39,760 bases of DNA from a virus (IMGVR_UViG_2711768002_000014); one strand, 5' to 3'; positions 7,916 through 17,015 are shown, counted from the stretch's first letter. Numbers and translations: made by a program. Notes: generated from the letters alone by a model not told the origin.

Positions 7916-8406
7916 TCATGAGTCTTTTGAATGAAGTTCAGAAATTCATTGAAGCCCATCCGGGGTGTACTTCCGGAGACATTGCGGATGCTTTTGCAGG
8001 TTACTCACGGCAGCGCGTTCTGCAGTCAGCAAGCAAGTTACGTCAGAGTGGGCGTGTGGCTCACCGTTATGAAGGAGATACACGCAGACATTTCCCACGC
8101 CTGACTGAGAGAGCGCAGGAGCCGGAACCACAACCAGTTCGTGAAACCAGACCTGTGCGCAATTTCTATGTCGGCACTAACGATCCCCGGGTGATTTTGT
8201 GCCTGACCCGCCAGGCGGAAGAACTGGAGTCCAGGGGCTTATACCGTCGTGCTGCAACGGTGTGGATGGCGGCATTCCGTGAAAGCCACTCCCAGCCAGA
8301 ACGAAACAATTTTCTGGCGCGTCGTGAGCGGTGCTTACGGAAAAGCAGCAAGCGCGCTGCATCGGGTGAAGAGTGGTATCTGTCAGGGAATTACGTGGGG
8401 GCTTAA
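7912..8406 (+). CDS. PerC-like transcriptional activator family protein
   Basis: C-terminal LTRQAEELESRGLYRRAATVWMAAF matches the remembered PerC signature (LE..GLWRRAA..W). Confidence 0.5.
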   Translation: MIMSLLNEVQKFIEAHPGCTSGDIADAFAGYSRQRVLQSASKLRQSGRVAHRYEGDTRRHFPRLTERAQEPEPQPVRETRPVRNFYVGTNDPRVILCLTRQAEELESRGLYRRAATVWMAAFRESHSQPERNNFLARRERCLRKSSKRAASGEEWYLSGNYVGA

Positions 8407-9059
8407 TGAGTAATAAATATTGCCAGGCGCTGGTGGAGCTGCGGAACAAACCAGCCCATGAACTGAAGGAAGTGGGCGATCAGTGGCGCACGCCGGATAA
8501 CATTTTCTGGGGAATTAACACCCTGTTTGGCCCGTTTGTTCTGGATCTGTTCACTGATGGTGATAACGCCAAATGTGCCGCTTATTACACTGCGGAAGAC
8601 AACGCGCTGGCGCATGACTGGTCTGAACGTCTTGCGGAGCTTAAAGGTGCTGCCTTTGGTAATCCCCCGTACAGCCGCGCCAGTCAGCATGAAGGGCAAT
8701 ACATCACCGGCATGCGTTACATCATGAAACATGCCAGTGCCATGCGTGATAAGGGCGGACGCTATGTTTTCCTGATCAAAGCTGCCACCAGCGAAGTGTG
8801 GTGGCCGGAAGATGCAGATCATATTGCTTTTATTCGCGGGCGTATTGGTTTTGAACTGCCTGCCTGGTTTATCCCGAAGGACGAGAAGCAGGTGCCGACA
8901 GGCGCTTTCTTCGCTGGTGCTATTGCTGTTTTCGACAAGACCTGGAAGGGACCGGCAATCAGCTACATCGGGCGCGATGAACTTGAGGCATGTGGTGAGG
9001 CGTTTCTGGCGCAGGTTCGCCAGCAGGCGGAAAAACTGGTCAGGGAGATGGCGGCATGA
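8406..9059 (+). CDS. phage Dam-type N6-adenine DNA methyltransferase
   Basis: NPPY catalytic motif (FGNPPYSR); TAATG overlap with the upstream gene. Confidence 0.8.
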   Translation: MSNKYCQALVELRNKPAHELKEVGDQWRTPDNIFWGINTLFGPFVLDLFTDGDNAKCAAYYTAEDNALAHDWSERLAELKGAAFGNPPYSRASQHEGQYITGMRYIMKHASAMRDKGGRYVFLIKAATSEVWWPEDADHIAFIRGRIGFELPAWFIPKDEKQVPTGAFFAGAIAVFDKTWKGPAISYIGRDELEACGEAFLAQVRQQAEKLVREMAA

Positions 9060-9382
9060 CGACGTTAACTCAATGCCAGCAGCAGGTGCTGGATATGCTG
9101 ATTTCTTACCAGAAAGAACGTGGCTTCCCGCCAACCAATCAGGAGGTGGCAACCATGCTGGGATACCGTTCAGTGAATGCAGCGGTGGAACATCTTCGCG
9201 CACTGGAGAAAAAAGGCGTCATCACGATAAAGCGTGGCATGGCCCGGGGTATCACTCTTCATACCGCGGTGAAGGACGACGACAGCGAGGCGGTCGGGAT
9301 TATCCGCTCACTGCTTGCCGGTGAGGAAAACGCCAGGCTGCGTGCAACCCACTGGTTACATGAGAGAGGCCTGAAAGTATGA
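9056..9382 (+). CDS. LexA DNA-binding-domain-only protein
   Basis: N-terminus QQQVLDMLISYQKERGFPPTNQEVATMLGYRSVNAAVEHLRALEKKGVITI parallels the LexA N-terminal wHTH; only 108 aa, no S24 peptidase domain. Confidence 0.65.
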   Translation: MTTLTQCQQQVLDMLISYQKERGFPPTNQEVATMLGYRSVNAAVEHLRALEKKGVITIKRGMARGITLHTAVKDDDSEAVGIIRSLLAGEENARLRATHWLHERGLKV

Positions 9383-9768
9383 AGCTGATCCTGCCTTTCC
9401 CGCCCAGCGTGAACACGTACTGGCGACACCCCAACAAAGGGGCATTTGCTGGTAAGAGCCTGATAAGCGCGGCGGGGCGAAAATTTCAGAGCGCGGCGTG
9501 CGCAGCAATAGTTGAGCAGTTACGTCGTCTGCCAAAACCAACGTCGGCACCTGCTTCAGTGGAGATCGTGTTGTTTCCTCCGGATAACCGGATCCGCGAT
9601 CTGGACAACTATAACAAGGCGCTGTTTGACGCCCTGACCCACGCGGGGGTGTGGGAAGACGACAGCCAGGTGAAAAGAATGCTGGTGGAGTGGGGACCGG
9701 TTATCCAGAAAGGGAAGGTCGAGATCACTATCAGTAAGTATGAGAAACCGGCGGGTGCAGCCGCCTGA
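9379..9768 (+). CDS. rusA: RusA Holliday-junction resolvase
   Basis: 129 aa; conserved RusA motifs (LPFPPSVNTYWRH..., DLDNYNKALFDALTHAGVWEDDSQV). Confidence 0.85.
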   Translation: MKLILPFPPSVNTYWRHPNKGAFAGKSLISAAGRKFQSAACAAIVEQLRRLPKPTSAPASVEIVLFPPDNRIRDLDNYNKALFDALTHAGVWEDDSQVKRMLVEWGPVIQKGKVEITISKYEKPAGAAA

Positions 9769-9787
9769 TCAAGAGGAGAAACGAAGT

Positions 9788-10597
9788 ATGAATAATCTGA
9801 TGGTCATTGATGGTATTGAAGTTCGTCGTGATGCTTATGGGCGTTACAGCCTGAACGATCTGCACAGGGCAGCCGGGGGAGAACAAAAAAACCGCCCGAA
9901 ATACTGGCTCTCCAATAAGCAAACCTGTGAATTGATTGAACAACTTTTCACCGAGGGTGGAATTCCGCCTCTGGAACAAAATCAACCAGTTAGCGTCATT
10001 AATGGCGGAAATAACCAGGGGACGTATGTCTGCAAAGAACTGGTGTATGCCTATGCAATGTGGATCAGCCCGTCATTCCATCTGAAGGTGATCCGTACTT
10101 TCGACATGGTAACCAGCGCACCGGAAAAATTATCCGGACAGGCTGCTGACAAGATGCAGGCTGGCGTGATCCTGCTGGACTTTATGCGCCGGGAATTAAA
10201 TCTGTCTAACTCATCAGTGCTTGGAGCCTGTCAGAAGCTTCAGGAGGCTGTTGGCTTACCGAATCTGGCACCGCGCTATGCCATTGATGCTCCTGCTGAC
10301 GCGCCTGATGGCTCAAGTCGCCCCACGCTGTCGCTGAGTGCACTGCTGAAGCAGTATGGTATCCGCCTGACGGCTAATCAGGCATATCACCAGATGGTGA
10401 AGCTGGGGATCGTTGAACAACGCGAACGATACAGCCGTACCGCGATTAACAACATCAAAAAATTCTGGTCGCTGACGGCGAAAGGCTGCATGTTCGGCAA
10501 GAACATCACCAGTCCTGCAAATCCGCGCGAGACGCAGCCGCATTTCTTCGAATCCCGATTCCCTGAGCTGTTAAAGCTGCTCGATACCGTTCATTGA
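9788..10597 (+). CDS. KilA-N domain protein
   Basis: AGGAG upstream of ATG 9788; N-terminal MVIDGIEVRRDAYGRYSLNDLHRAAGG is KilA-N-like. Confidence 0.7.
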   Translation: MNNLMVIDGIEVRRDAYGRYSLNDLHRAAGGEQKNRPKYWLSNKQTCELIEQLFTEGGIPPLEQNQPVSVINGGNNQGTYVCKELVYAYAMWISPSFHLKVIRTFDMVTSAPEKLSGQAADKMQAGVILLDFMRRELNLSNSSVLGACQKLQEAVGLPNLAPRYAIDAPADAPDGSSRPTLSLSALLKQYGIRLTANQAYHQMVKLGIVEQRERYSRTAINNIKKFWSLTAKGCMFGKNITSPANPRETQPHFFESRFPELLKLLDTVH

Positions 10598-10598
10598 G

Positions 10599-11594
10599 GT
10601 GACCGTGAGAGCACTACTGACCCCTGAAATTGCCCCGCGTATGGGGATCGTATTGTTCAGGCCAGGTTCAGAGCTGATGCCCCTGTTTATGCAGGGGCGT
10701 GTTCTGCTGGAGCCTGAGCCGGAACGTTATTCATCTTTCGCCAGTGGTGCCGTTCCGGCGGCATCACAACCGCTGGCGGATGATCCTGCCGTTCGGGCCG
10801 TGTTCCGCAATGAGGCAGTGATCCGTCGTGCTGGTGGCGTGGAATGTCTTGAAAGCTGGTTACTTCGTGAAAAAGGCTGCCAGTGGCCTCATTCCGACTG
10901 GCACAGCGAGAACATGACCACAATGCGACACGCTCCGGGCGCAATCCGTCTGTGCTGGCACTGCGATAACCAGCTGCGCGATCAGTTCACGGAACGGCTG
11001 GAATCAATGGCAACGGATAACTGTGCCCGCTGGGTGTTGTCTGTTGTGCGTCGGGATCTCGGTTTTGATGATAGTCACGTTGTGACAATGCCGGAACTGT
11101 GCTGGTGGCTGATTCGTAATGACCTGGCGGATGCCTTACCGGAAAGTGCAGCCCGTAAGGCACTGAGATTACCAAAGCCTGTTGTGCCGTCTGTCACCCG
11201 GGAAAGTGACCTTGTGCCTTCGGTTCCTGCCACCAGCATCATCCAGGATAAGGCAAAAAAGGTGCTGGCGCTGAAAGTGGATCCGGAGTCGCCGGAGTCT
11301 TTTATGTTACGCCCAAAACGCCGCCGCTGGGTTAATGAAAAGTACACGCGCTGGGTTAAGACACAGCCGTGTGCATGTTGTGGAAAGCCTGCTGATGATC
11401 CCCACCACCTGATAGGCCACGGTCAGGGTGGAATGGGTACAAAAGCGCATGACCTCTTTGTGTTGCCTTTGTGCAGAAAGCATCACGACGAGCTGCATGC
11501 GGATACCGTGGCATTTGAAGAGAAGTATGGCTCCCAGCTGGAGCTGATATTTCGTTTTATCGATCGTGCGCTGGCAATTGGCGTATTGGCGTAA
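10599..11594 (+). CDS. DUF968-family protein (YdfU-like) with C-terminal Cys/His cluster
   Basis: CACCGKPADDPHHLIGHGQGG...CRKHHDELH; immediately upstream of Q as in Qin; GTG start as given by the track, uncertain. Confidence 0.6.
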   Translation: MTVRALLTPEIAPRMGIVLFRPGSELMPLFMQGRVLLEPEPERYSSFASGAVPAASQPLADDPAVRAVFRNEAVIRRAGGVECLESWLLREKGCQWPHSDWHSENMTTMRHAPGAIRLCWHCDNQLRDQFTERLESMATDNCARWVLSVVRRDLGFDDSHVVTMPELCWWLIRNDLADALPESAARKALRLPKPVVPSVTRESDLVPSVPATSIIQDKAKKVLALKVDPESPESFMLRPKRRRWVNEKYTRWVKTQPCACCGKPADDPHHLIGHGQGGMGTKAHDLFVLPLCRKHHDELHADTVAFEEKYGSQLELIFRFIDRALAIGVLA

Positions 11595-11607
11595 GTGGAG
11601 AACGAGC

Positions 11608-12360
11608 ATGAACCTTGAAGCCTTACCAAAATATTACTCCCCAAAATCTCCAAAATTGAGCGATGACGCACCGGCGACAGGCTCAGGTGGTTTAACGATT
11701 ACGGATGTGATGGCTGCGCAGGGGATGGTGCAGTCGAAAGCACCGCTTGGGTTTGCCTTATTCCTGGCAAAAGTTGGTGTTCAGGATCCTCAATTTGCGA
11801 TTGAAGGTCTGCTCAATTACGCGATGGCACTGGATAACCCGACATTGAACAAATTGAGTGAAGAAACCCGGTTACAGATCATCCCTTACCTTGTGAATTT
11901 TGCCTTTGCTGATTATTCCAGGTCTGCGGCAAGTAAGGCTCGCTGTGAGCATTGTGCTGGTACTGGATTTCATAATGTATTGCGCGAAGTGGTGAAACAC
12001 TCCAGAAGCGGGGAATCTGTTATCAAGGAAGAGTGGGTGAAGGAACTATGTCAGCATTGCCATGGTAAGGGAGAAGTCAGCACAGCGTGCAGAGGGTGTA
12101 AGGGTAAAGGTATTGTCCTGGATGAAAAAAGAACCCGGCTTCATGGTGTGCCTGTTTATAAGATTTGTGGGCGTTGCAATGGCAACCGGTTTAGCCGTTT
12201 ACCAACCACACTGGCGCGGCATCATGTCCAGAAACTGGTACCGGACCTGACGGATTATCAGTGGTACAAAGGATATGCAGACGTTATTAATAAACTGGTT
12301 ACAAAGTGCTGGCAGGAAGAAGCGTATGCTGAATCGCAATTGAGAAAAGTGACAAGATAG
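11608..12360 (+). CDS. late-gene antiterminator Q (Qin QuuQ-like family)
   Basis: 250 aa; Cys-rich Zn-binding motifs (CEHCAGTG, CQHCHGKG, CRGCKGKG); GGAG upstream of ATG 11608; followed by a promoter and terminator. Confidence 0.75.
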   Translation: MNLEALPKYYSPKSPKLSDDAPATGSGGLTITDVMAAQGMVQSKAPLGFALFLAKVGVQDPQFAIEGLLNYAMALDNPTLNKLSEETRLQIIPYLVNFAFADYSRSAASKARCEHCAGTGFHNVLREVVKHSRSGESVIKEEWVKELCQHCHGKGEVSTACRGCKGKGIVLDEKRTRLHGVPVYKICGRCNGNRFSRLPTTLARHHVQKLVPDLTDYQWYKGYADVINKLVTKCWQEEAYAESQLRKVTR

Positions 12361-12391
12361 ATAATTTTCGCCGAAGATGTCGACGTGATAC

Positions 12392-12420
12392 TTGCATTTT
12401 TCAAAAAATATGGATAAGAT
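12392..12420 (+). promoter_or_regulatory. candidate late promoter pR' (-35 TTGCAT, 17-nt spacer, -10 TAAGAT)
   Basis: Near-consensus sigma-70 hexamers about 30 bp downstream of Q and about 45 bp upstream of the terminator. Confidence 0.45.
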
Positions 12421-12463
12421 TTTCTCAACGATGGGCCTTGTATGTCTACCGTTGGTAAATGTC

Positions 12464-12490
12464 AAAAACCCGCCGCTGAGCGGGTTTTTT
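12464..12490 (+). terminator. tR'-like rho-independent terminator
   Basis: aaaaacccgccgctgagcgggtttttt: GC stem plus T6. Confidence 0.7.
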
Positions 12491-12639
12491 GTGCCTGATG
12501 TCTCATGAAACTATGAAATGGATTGGTGCGTTAAACATTTTTTCTTATTATCTTTTAGATTTTGGAGAGATGGTTAACGTCTGTATTCCAGAAACTCGAT
12601 GGTTATTTAATAAATTAGTTTCAATGATGCTTCTAGGTT

Positions 12640-13065
12640 ATGACTGTAATGAAAAAGGTATTAATAGCAGCGATAGGTTTTTGTTTAGTTGGTTGTGCAG
12701 GTATGAAATTACCTGAGTATTCGCAAGTTAAAGCAAGTCCGTATTATACAGATTGCCGTGCGTTTGCCATGGATGTTTATAAAAATGATGGATACAGCAA
12801 AATTGCGAAAACTACTATCCTTAGCATGGATGATGTGAAAGCTAGATATATTGTGACAGGGTGTGTAGTTGCTATGGGGAAAAACACTGTAGAGGAAATC
12901 AAAGCTGATCTCTCTGCTAAAGGGAGTTCTTTTGGGCTTATCAGTGGAGCTTGTTCTAGTGCGGCATGTCGGGTTGATGTAGAGCAGCAAATGAACGCTT
13001 ATGTACTTGGTAGTTATTATGCTGCAAATAAAAAATTCCCGGATAAAATGAAAGCAGAGTTTTAA
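12640..13065 (+). CDS. moron lipoprotein
   Basis: Signal peptide with lipobox (LVGC AG) after MKKVLIAAIGF; AT-rich island between two near-identical terminators. Confidence 0.6.
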   Translation: MTVMKKVLIAAIGFCLVGCAGMKLPEYSQVKASPYYTDCRAFAMDVYKNDGYSKIAKTTILSMDDVKARYIVTGCVVAMGKNTVEEIKADLSAKGSSFGLISGACSSAACRVDVEQQMNAYVLGSYYAANKKFPDKMKAEF

Positions 13066-13142
13066 GCAAACCTTGTTTTCGATTATATGTCGAAGATAAA
13101 TGTTAGTAACGGCATAATAAGTAAATATATAGCTGTGATAGC

Positions 13143-13166
13143 AACCCGCCACTGAGCGGGTTTTTT
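13143..13166 (+). terminator. rho-independent terminator (near-duplicate of tR')
   Basis: aacccgccactgagcgggtttttt; differs from the 12464 terminator by about one base in the stem. Confidence 0.65.
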
Positions 13167-13264
13167 GTACCCGTAAACTTGGTGCAGTACAGTAAACACG
13201 CTGGTGGTCGTGAATACTGACTTTTTATCTTGCTGGCTTTTTAGACAAGAGTTATTGGTATGTC

Positions 13265-13492
13265 ATGTTAACCAGAAGGGAAAAAGACATGCTAAAACAG
13301 CAAGATATGACAGAAACCGCCGCCGCAGTCCTTCATTTCTTACCTGCTGACAAGTGGGTAACGCCACGCATGATGACGAGAACTACCGGAGTAAGCGAAG
13401 CCCGGTGCCAGTTAATACTGACTCAGTTAGTTCTGGCGGGTCTGGCGAAGGATAACGGCGGGTACGGGAATAAATTCAGACGCTGCCAGTAA
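13265..13492 (+). CDS. small putative winged-helix DNA-binding protein
   Basis: 75-aa ORF (alternative ATG at 13289 with AAGGGA RBS); HTH-like segment TPRMMTRTTGVSEARCQLILTQLVLAGL. Confidence 0.4.
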   Translation: MLTRREKDMLKQQDMTETAAAVLHFLPADKWVTPRMMTRTTGVSEARCQLILTQLVLAGLAKDNGGYGNKFRRCQ

Positions 13493-13642
13493 TGGCGGTT
13501 TCCTGCTGTGAAAATGGGCGGCTGGTGGGTGTTGGTAGCACCTGCCAGCCATTCGCTCATGCTTACTGGTCACAAGCGAACCACGGCCCACTGCTTTAGC
13601 GCAAAAGCAGAGTGAGCCTACCAGAGTTACGCTTACTGATCC

Positions 13643-14695
13643 ATGAAAAATACTGTAAAAATAAACAGTGTTGATTTAATCAACGCTGATTGCCTGCATT
13701 TTATTCAGTCCCTGCCTGATGATTCCATTGACCTGATTGTTACCGATCCGCCTTACTTCAAGGTGAAACCCAACGGTTGGGACAATCAGTGGAAAGGGGA
13801 CGAAGATTACCTTAAGTGGCTGGACCACTGTCTGGCCCAGTTCTGGCGGGTGTTGAAACCTGCCGGAAGCCTTTACCTGTTCTGTGGGCATCGCCTGGCA
13901 TCTGATATTGAGATCATGATGCGTGAACGTTTCAACGTGCTTAACCATATCATCTGGGCGAAGCCGTCCGGACGTTGGAATGGGTGTAATAAAGAAAGTC
14001 TGCGCGCATATTTTCCTGCCACAGAGCGCGTTCTGTTTGCTGAACATTACCAGGGGCCATATCGCGGCAAAAGTGACGGCTATGCGGCAAAAGAAAGGGA
14101 ACTCAAACAGCACATAATGGCACCGCTGATATCGTATTTCAGGGATGCTCGTGCCGAACTGGGTATAACGGCAAAACAAATTGCCGAAGCCACAGGTAAG
14201 AAAAATATGGTTTCCCACTGGTTTGGTGCCAGTCAGTGGCAGTTGCCGAATGAGGCTGACTATCGGAAGTTACAGGCACTGTTTTCCCGTATAGCGGCAG
14301 AGAAGTTTCAGGAACAACAACTGGAACAACCACACCACCAGCTGGTGGCATCTTATGATTCACTGAATCGTAAATATTCTGAATTGCTGGATGAGTTTAA
14401 ATCTCTCCGGCGCTATTTCTCCGTATCAGTCTCCGTGCCTTATACCGATGTCTGGATGCATAAACCCGTTCAGTTCTACCCGGGGAAACATCCGTGTGAG
14501 AAACCGGCGGATATGCTCAGGCAAATAATCAATGCCAGTAGTCGACCAGGTGATCTGGTTGCTGATTTTTTTATGGGATCCGGTTCCACAATAAAAGCAG
14601 CAATGGCGCTGGGGCGTCGGGCCTTAGGTGTTGAGCTTGAGTCAGAGCGGTTTAATCAGACAGTGAAAGAGATAAACGAGCTGGTGGGGAAATAA
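13643..14695 (+). CDS. orphan DNA methyltransferase (N6_N4_Mtase family)
   Basis: DPPY motif (IVTDPPYF) N-terminal and FxGSGS motif ([12 protein letters not shown]) C-terminal; no adjacent endonuclease ORF. Confidence 0.85.
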
Positions 14696-14701
14696 TCTGG
14701 T

Positions 14702-14723
14702 GGCCACGTCAGGTGGCCTTTTT
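14702..14723 (+). terminator. rho-independent terminator after the MTase
   Basis: ggccacgtcaggtggcc followed by ttttt. Confidence 0.5.
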
Positions 14724-14762
14724 ATTTCCATTACACAGCACCCGCATCTGCGAGGTGGGGTT

Positions 14763-14912
14763 ATGAAATCCATGGATAAGTTAACAACGGGTGTCGCCTA
14801 TGGCACCTCAGCAGGTAGTGCCGGGTACTGGTTTTTACAGTTGCTCGATAAAGTCACGCCCTCACAGTGGGCGGCAATAGGTGTGCTGGGTAGTCTGGTA
14901 TTTGGCTTGCTG
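14763..14912 (+). CDS. S: phage-21 S-type pinholin, 5' part only (interrupted by an assembly gap)
   Basis: [50 protein letters not shown] closely matches remembered S21; dual-start MKSMDK; 3' end lost in the N-run. Confidence 0.8.
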
Positions 14913-15135
14913 NNNNNNNNNNNNNNNNNNNNNNNNNNNNNNNNNNNNNNNNNNNNNNNNNNNNNNNNNNNNNNNNNNNNNNNNNNNNNNNNNNNNNNNN
15001 NNNNNNNNNNNNNNNNNNNNNNNNNNNNNNNNNNNNNNNNNNNNNNNNNNNNNNNNNNNNNNNNNNNNNNNNNNNNNNNNNNNNNNNNNNNNNNNNNNNN
15101 NNNNNNNNNNNNNNNNNNNNNNNNNNNNNNNNNNN
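14913..15135. other. assembly gap (223 N)
   Basis: Run of n. Confidence 1.
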
Positions 15136-15202
15136 TTAAGTCACTGACCGGAACAGATAAACCTGTCCGTGGGCAGAAACCGATAAATCCTGATAAATAT
15201 CC

Positions 15203-15736
15203 ATGAACGCAAAAATCAGATACGGCCTGTCGGCTGCCGTTCTGGCACTGATTGCCGTCGGTGCGCCCGCGCCTGATATTCTCGACCAGTTTCTGGATGA
15301 AAAAGAAGGTAACCACACAACGGCATACCGCGATGGGTCCGGCATCTGGACCATCTGTCGGGGTGCCACGATGGTGGATGGAAAACCCGTTTTTCCCGGT
15401 ATGAAACTGTCGAAGGAAAAATGCGACCAGGTCAACGCCATTGAGCGTGATAAGGCGCTGGCATGGGTGGAGCGCAATATTAAAGTACCACTGACCGAGC
15501 CACAAAAAGCGGGTATCGCGTCATTTTGTCCCTATAACATTGGCCCCGGTAAGTGTTTTCCGTCGACGTTTTATAAGCGGCTGAATGCTGGTGATCGTAA
15601 AGGTGCATGCGAGGCGATTCGCTGGTGGATAAAAGATGGTGGGCGCGATTGCCGCATACGTTCAAATAACTGCTATGGACAGGTTATTCGTCGTGACCAG
15701 GAAAGCGCATTAGCCTGTTGGGGGATAGATCAGTGA
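15203..15736 (+). CDS. R: SAR endolysin (T4-lysozyme-like)
   Basis: N-terminal SAR segment [18 protein letters not shown]; catalytic E-8-D-5-T arrangement ([16 protein letters not shown]). Confidence 0.85.
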   Translation: MNAKIRYGLSAAVLALIAVGAPAPDILDQFLDEKEGNHTTAYRDGSGIWTICRGATMVDGKPVFPGMKLSKEKCDQVNAIERDKALAWVERNIKVPLTEPQKAGIASFCPYNIGPGKCFPSTFYKRLNAGDRKGACEAIRWWIKDGGRDCRIRSNNCYGQVIRRDQESALACWGIDQ

Positions 15737-16200
15737 GCAGAGTCGCCGCGATTATTTATGCTCTGGTTATCTGCATCATCGTCTGCCTGTCGTGGGCGGT
15801 CAATCATTACCGTGATAACGCCATCGCCTACAAAGAACAGCGTGATAAAAAAGTCAGTGAGCTGAAGCAGGCGACCGCCACCATTACTGACATGCAGCAA
15901 CGCCAGCGTGCTGCTGATGTACTCGATGCTAAATACACGAAGGAGTTGGCTGATGCGAAAGCTGAAAATGATGCTCTTCGGCGCAAGCTTGATAATGGTG
16001 GTCGGGTGCTCGTCAAAGGAAAATGCTCTGTGCCATCCTCAGCCGAAACCTCCAGCGCCTCCGGCATGGGCAATGATGCCACCGTCGAACTCTCTCCAGT
16101 TGCTGGACGAAACGTTCTCGGTATCCGGGACGGAATCATCAGAGACCAGACAGCACTGAGAACGCTTCAGGAATATATCAGGACGCAATGCCTTCGATGA
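15733..16200 (+). CDS. Rz: i-spanin Rz
   Basis: Close match to remembered lambda Rz ([30 protein letters not shown]...); probable GTG start at 15733 (TTG at 15718 is the alternative). Confidence 0.85.
   Translation: MSRVAAIIYALVICIIVCLSWAVNHYRDNAIAYKEQRDKKVSELKQATATITDMQQRQRAADVLDAKYTKELADAKAENDALRRKLDNGGRVLVKGKCSVPSSAETSSASGMGNDATVELSPVAGRNVLGIRDGIIRDQTALRTLQEYIRTQCLR
15953..16159 (+). CDS. Rz1: o-spanin Rz1 (lipoprotein embedded in Rz, +1 frame)
   Basis: AGGAG 7 nt upstream; lipobox (MVVGC) and Pro-rich segment [11 protein letters not shown]. Confidence 0.8.
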   Translation: MRKLKMMLFGASLIMVVGCSSKENALCHPQPKPPAPPAWAMMPPSNSLQLLDETFSVSGTESSETRQH

Positions 16201-16340
16201 TAGCGATAATTTTACTCATCATCCTTCACATTTGGCTCTGTAGACAGGGTGGTGATCACTTCTGGAGTGAATCCAGATTAAACATCTCATTGCTGATGCT
16301 TGAAGTTGAGCATCTGGCGCGCGGTAAGGGGCTGCGTTGA
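16197..16340 (+). CDS. small hydrophobic ORF (47 aa) overlapping the Rz stop
   Basis: ATGA overlap with Rz; predicted single TM segment ([13 protein letters not shown]); below the track cutoff. Confidence 0.25.
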   Translation: MIAIILLIILHIWLCRQGGDHFWSESRLNISLLMLEVEHLARGKGLR

Positions 16341-16374
16341 AATAAGAGCCAGTCATTAAAAATACCTGGATTTA

Positions 16375-16397
16375 GCCTCGCATTCGCGGGGCTTTTT
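16375..16397 (+). terminator. candidate terminator of the lysis transcript
   Basis: gcctcgc-attc-gcggggc followed by ttttt; a second perfect hairpin at 16417-16442 (aagccactc / gagtggctt). Confidence 0.4.
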
Positions 16398-16789
16398 ATT
16401 GCCATTACAAAAGCCACTCCCTACAGAGTGGCTTTGATAATGGCTTATACCCTACACGGGATAACTTAACTGATATCCCTTTTAACGGATAAAGGTATTC
16501 AAGCCTGACACATCATGCGCTGTATCGTCGCCGTATTCCCGTATTAACAGAGACCGTAGCCCGACGGGGAACTCCTTCTGCGAGAGTGTGCGGGAATAAT
16601 CAAAAACGATGCACACCGGGTTTTTACCGCGTTTATGGTTCGCGGGTTTGTCCCTCATGCTCGCCAGTCCTGTGCGGGGGTGGAAGAAACAGGATACTCA
16701 CACAGATTCTTGTGGGCACGATGCTATTCCTTTCTGGATTATCCCGATGCCATTCATGCAAGGCGCTGTATCAGACGTTCGTCATGTCT

Positions 16790-17000
16790 GTCAGGCTGAC
16801 GGGTCCTCCCGGTGGAGTGGCCTGCCACGGGGCGGGAGCGTCGCGGAAAAAGGCTAGTTTTTGAAATTTCATTCGTCATCACCACCACTGTAATAGATTG
16901 ATATTACAGTGGTTTTGTTTTTATGGTGTCGATTTTGATTGTTTTTTGTTCATCACTAACACCGTTTGCCTAAAGTTGTTCGCGAGATGCATGTTTAAAA
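16790..17000. other. cos region (cosQ / cosN / cosB), cosN near 16829-16846
   Basis: gacgggtcctcccggtggagtggcctgccacggggcgggagcgtcgcgg aligns with the remembered lambda genome ends (...ACGGGTCCTTTCCGGTGATCCGACAGGTTACG | GGGCGGCGACCTCGCGGG); AT-rich palindromes follow. Confidence 0.55.
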
Positions 17001-17015
17001 CATTCTGGAGCGGGT

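Noticed and set aside
8403-9203. 266-aa minus-strand ORF overlapping the Dam MTase and LexA-like genes
   Set aside because: The plus-strand genes have clear motifs (NPPY, LexA wHTH) and translational coupling; the antisense ORF has no features.
13066-13642. tRNA genes in the Q-lysis hotspot (as found in Stx phages)
   Set aside because: No cloverleaf-compatible sequence or GTTC-type T-arm motif was seen on inspection; not verifiable without a tRNA scanner.
14798-15505. Minus-strand ORFs spanning the N gap (14798-15505), and similar ones at 30027-31193 and 37399-37917
   Set aside because: Reading frames run through N runs; artifacts of the ORF caller.
16586-16864. Two overlapping plus-strand ORFs (92 and 82 aa) upstream of the terminase
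   Set aside because: They lie across the cos-homologous sequence, with no RBS and odd composition; more likely the noncoding cos region.
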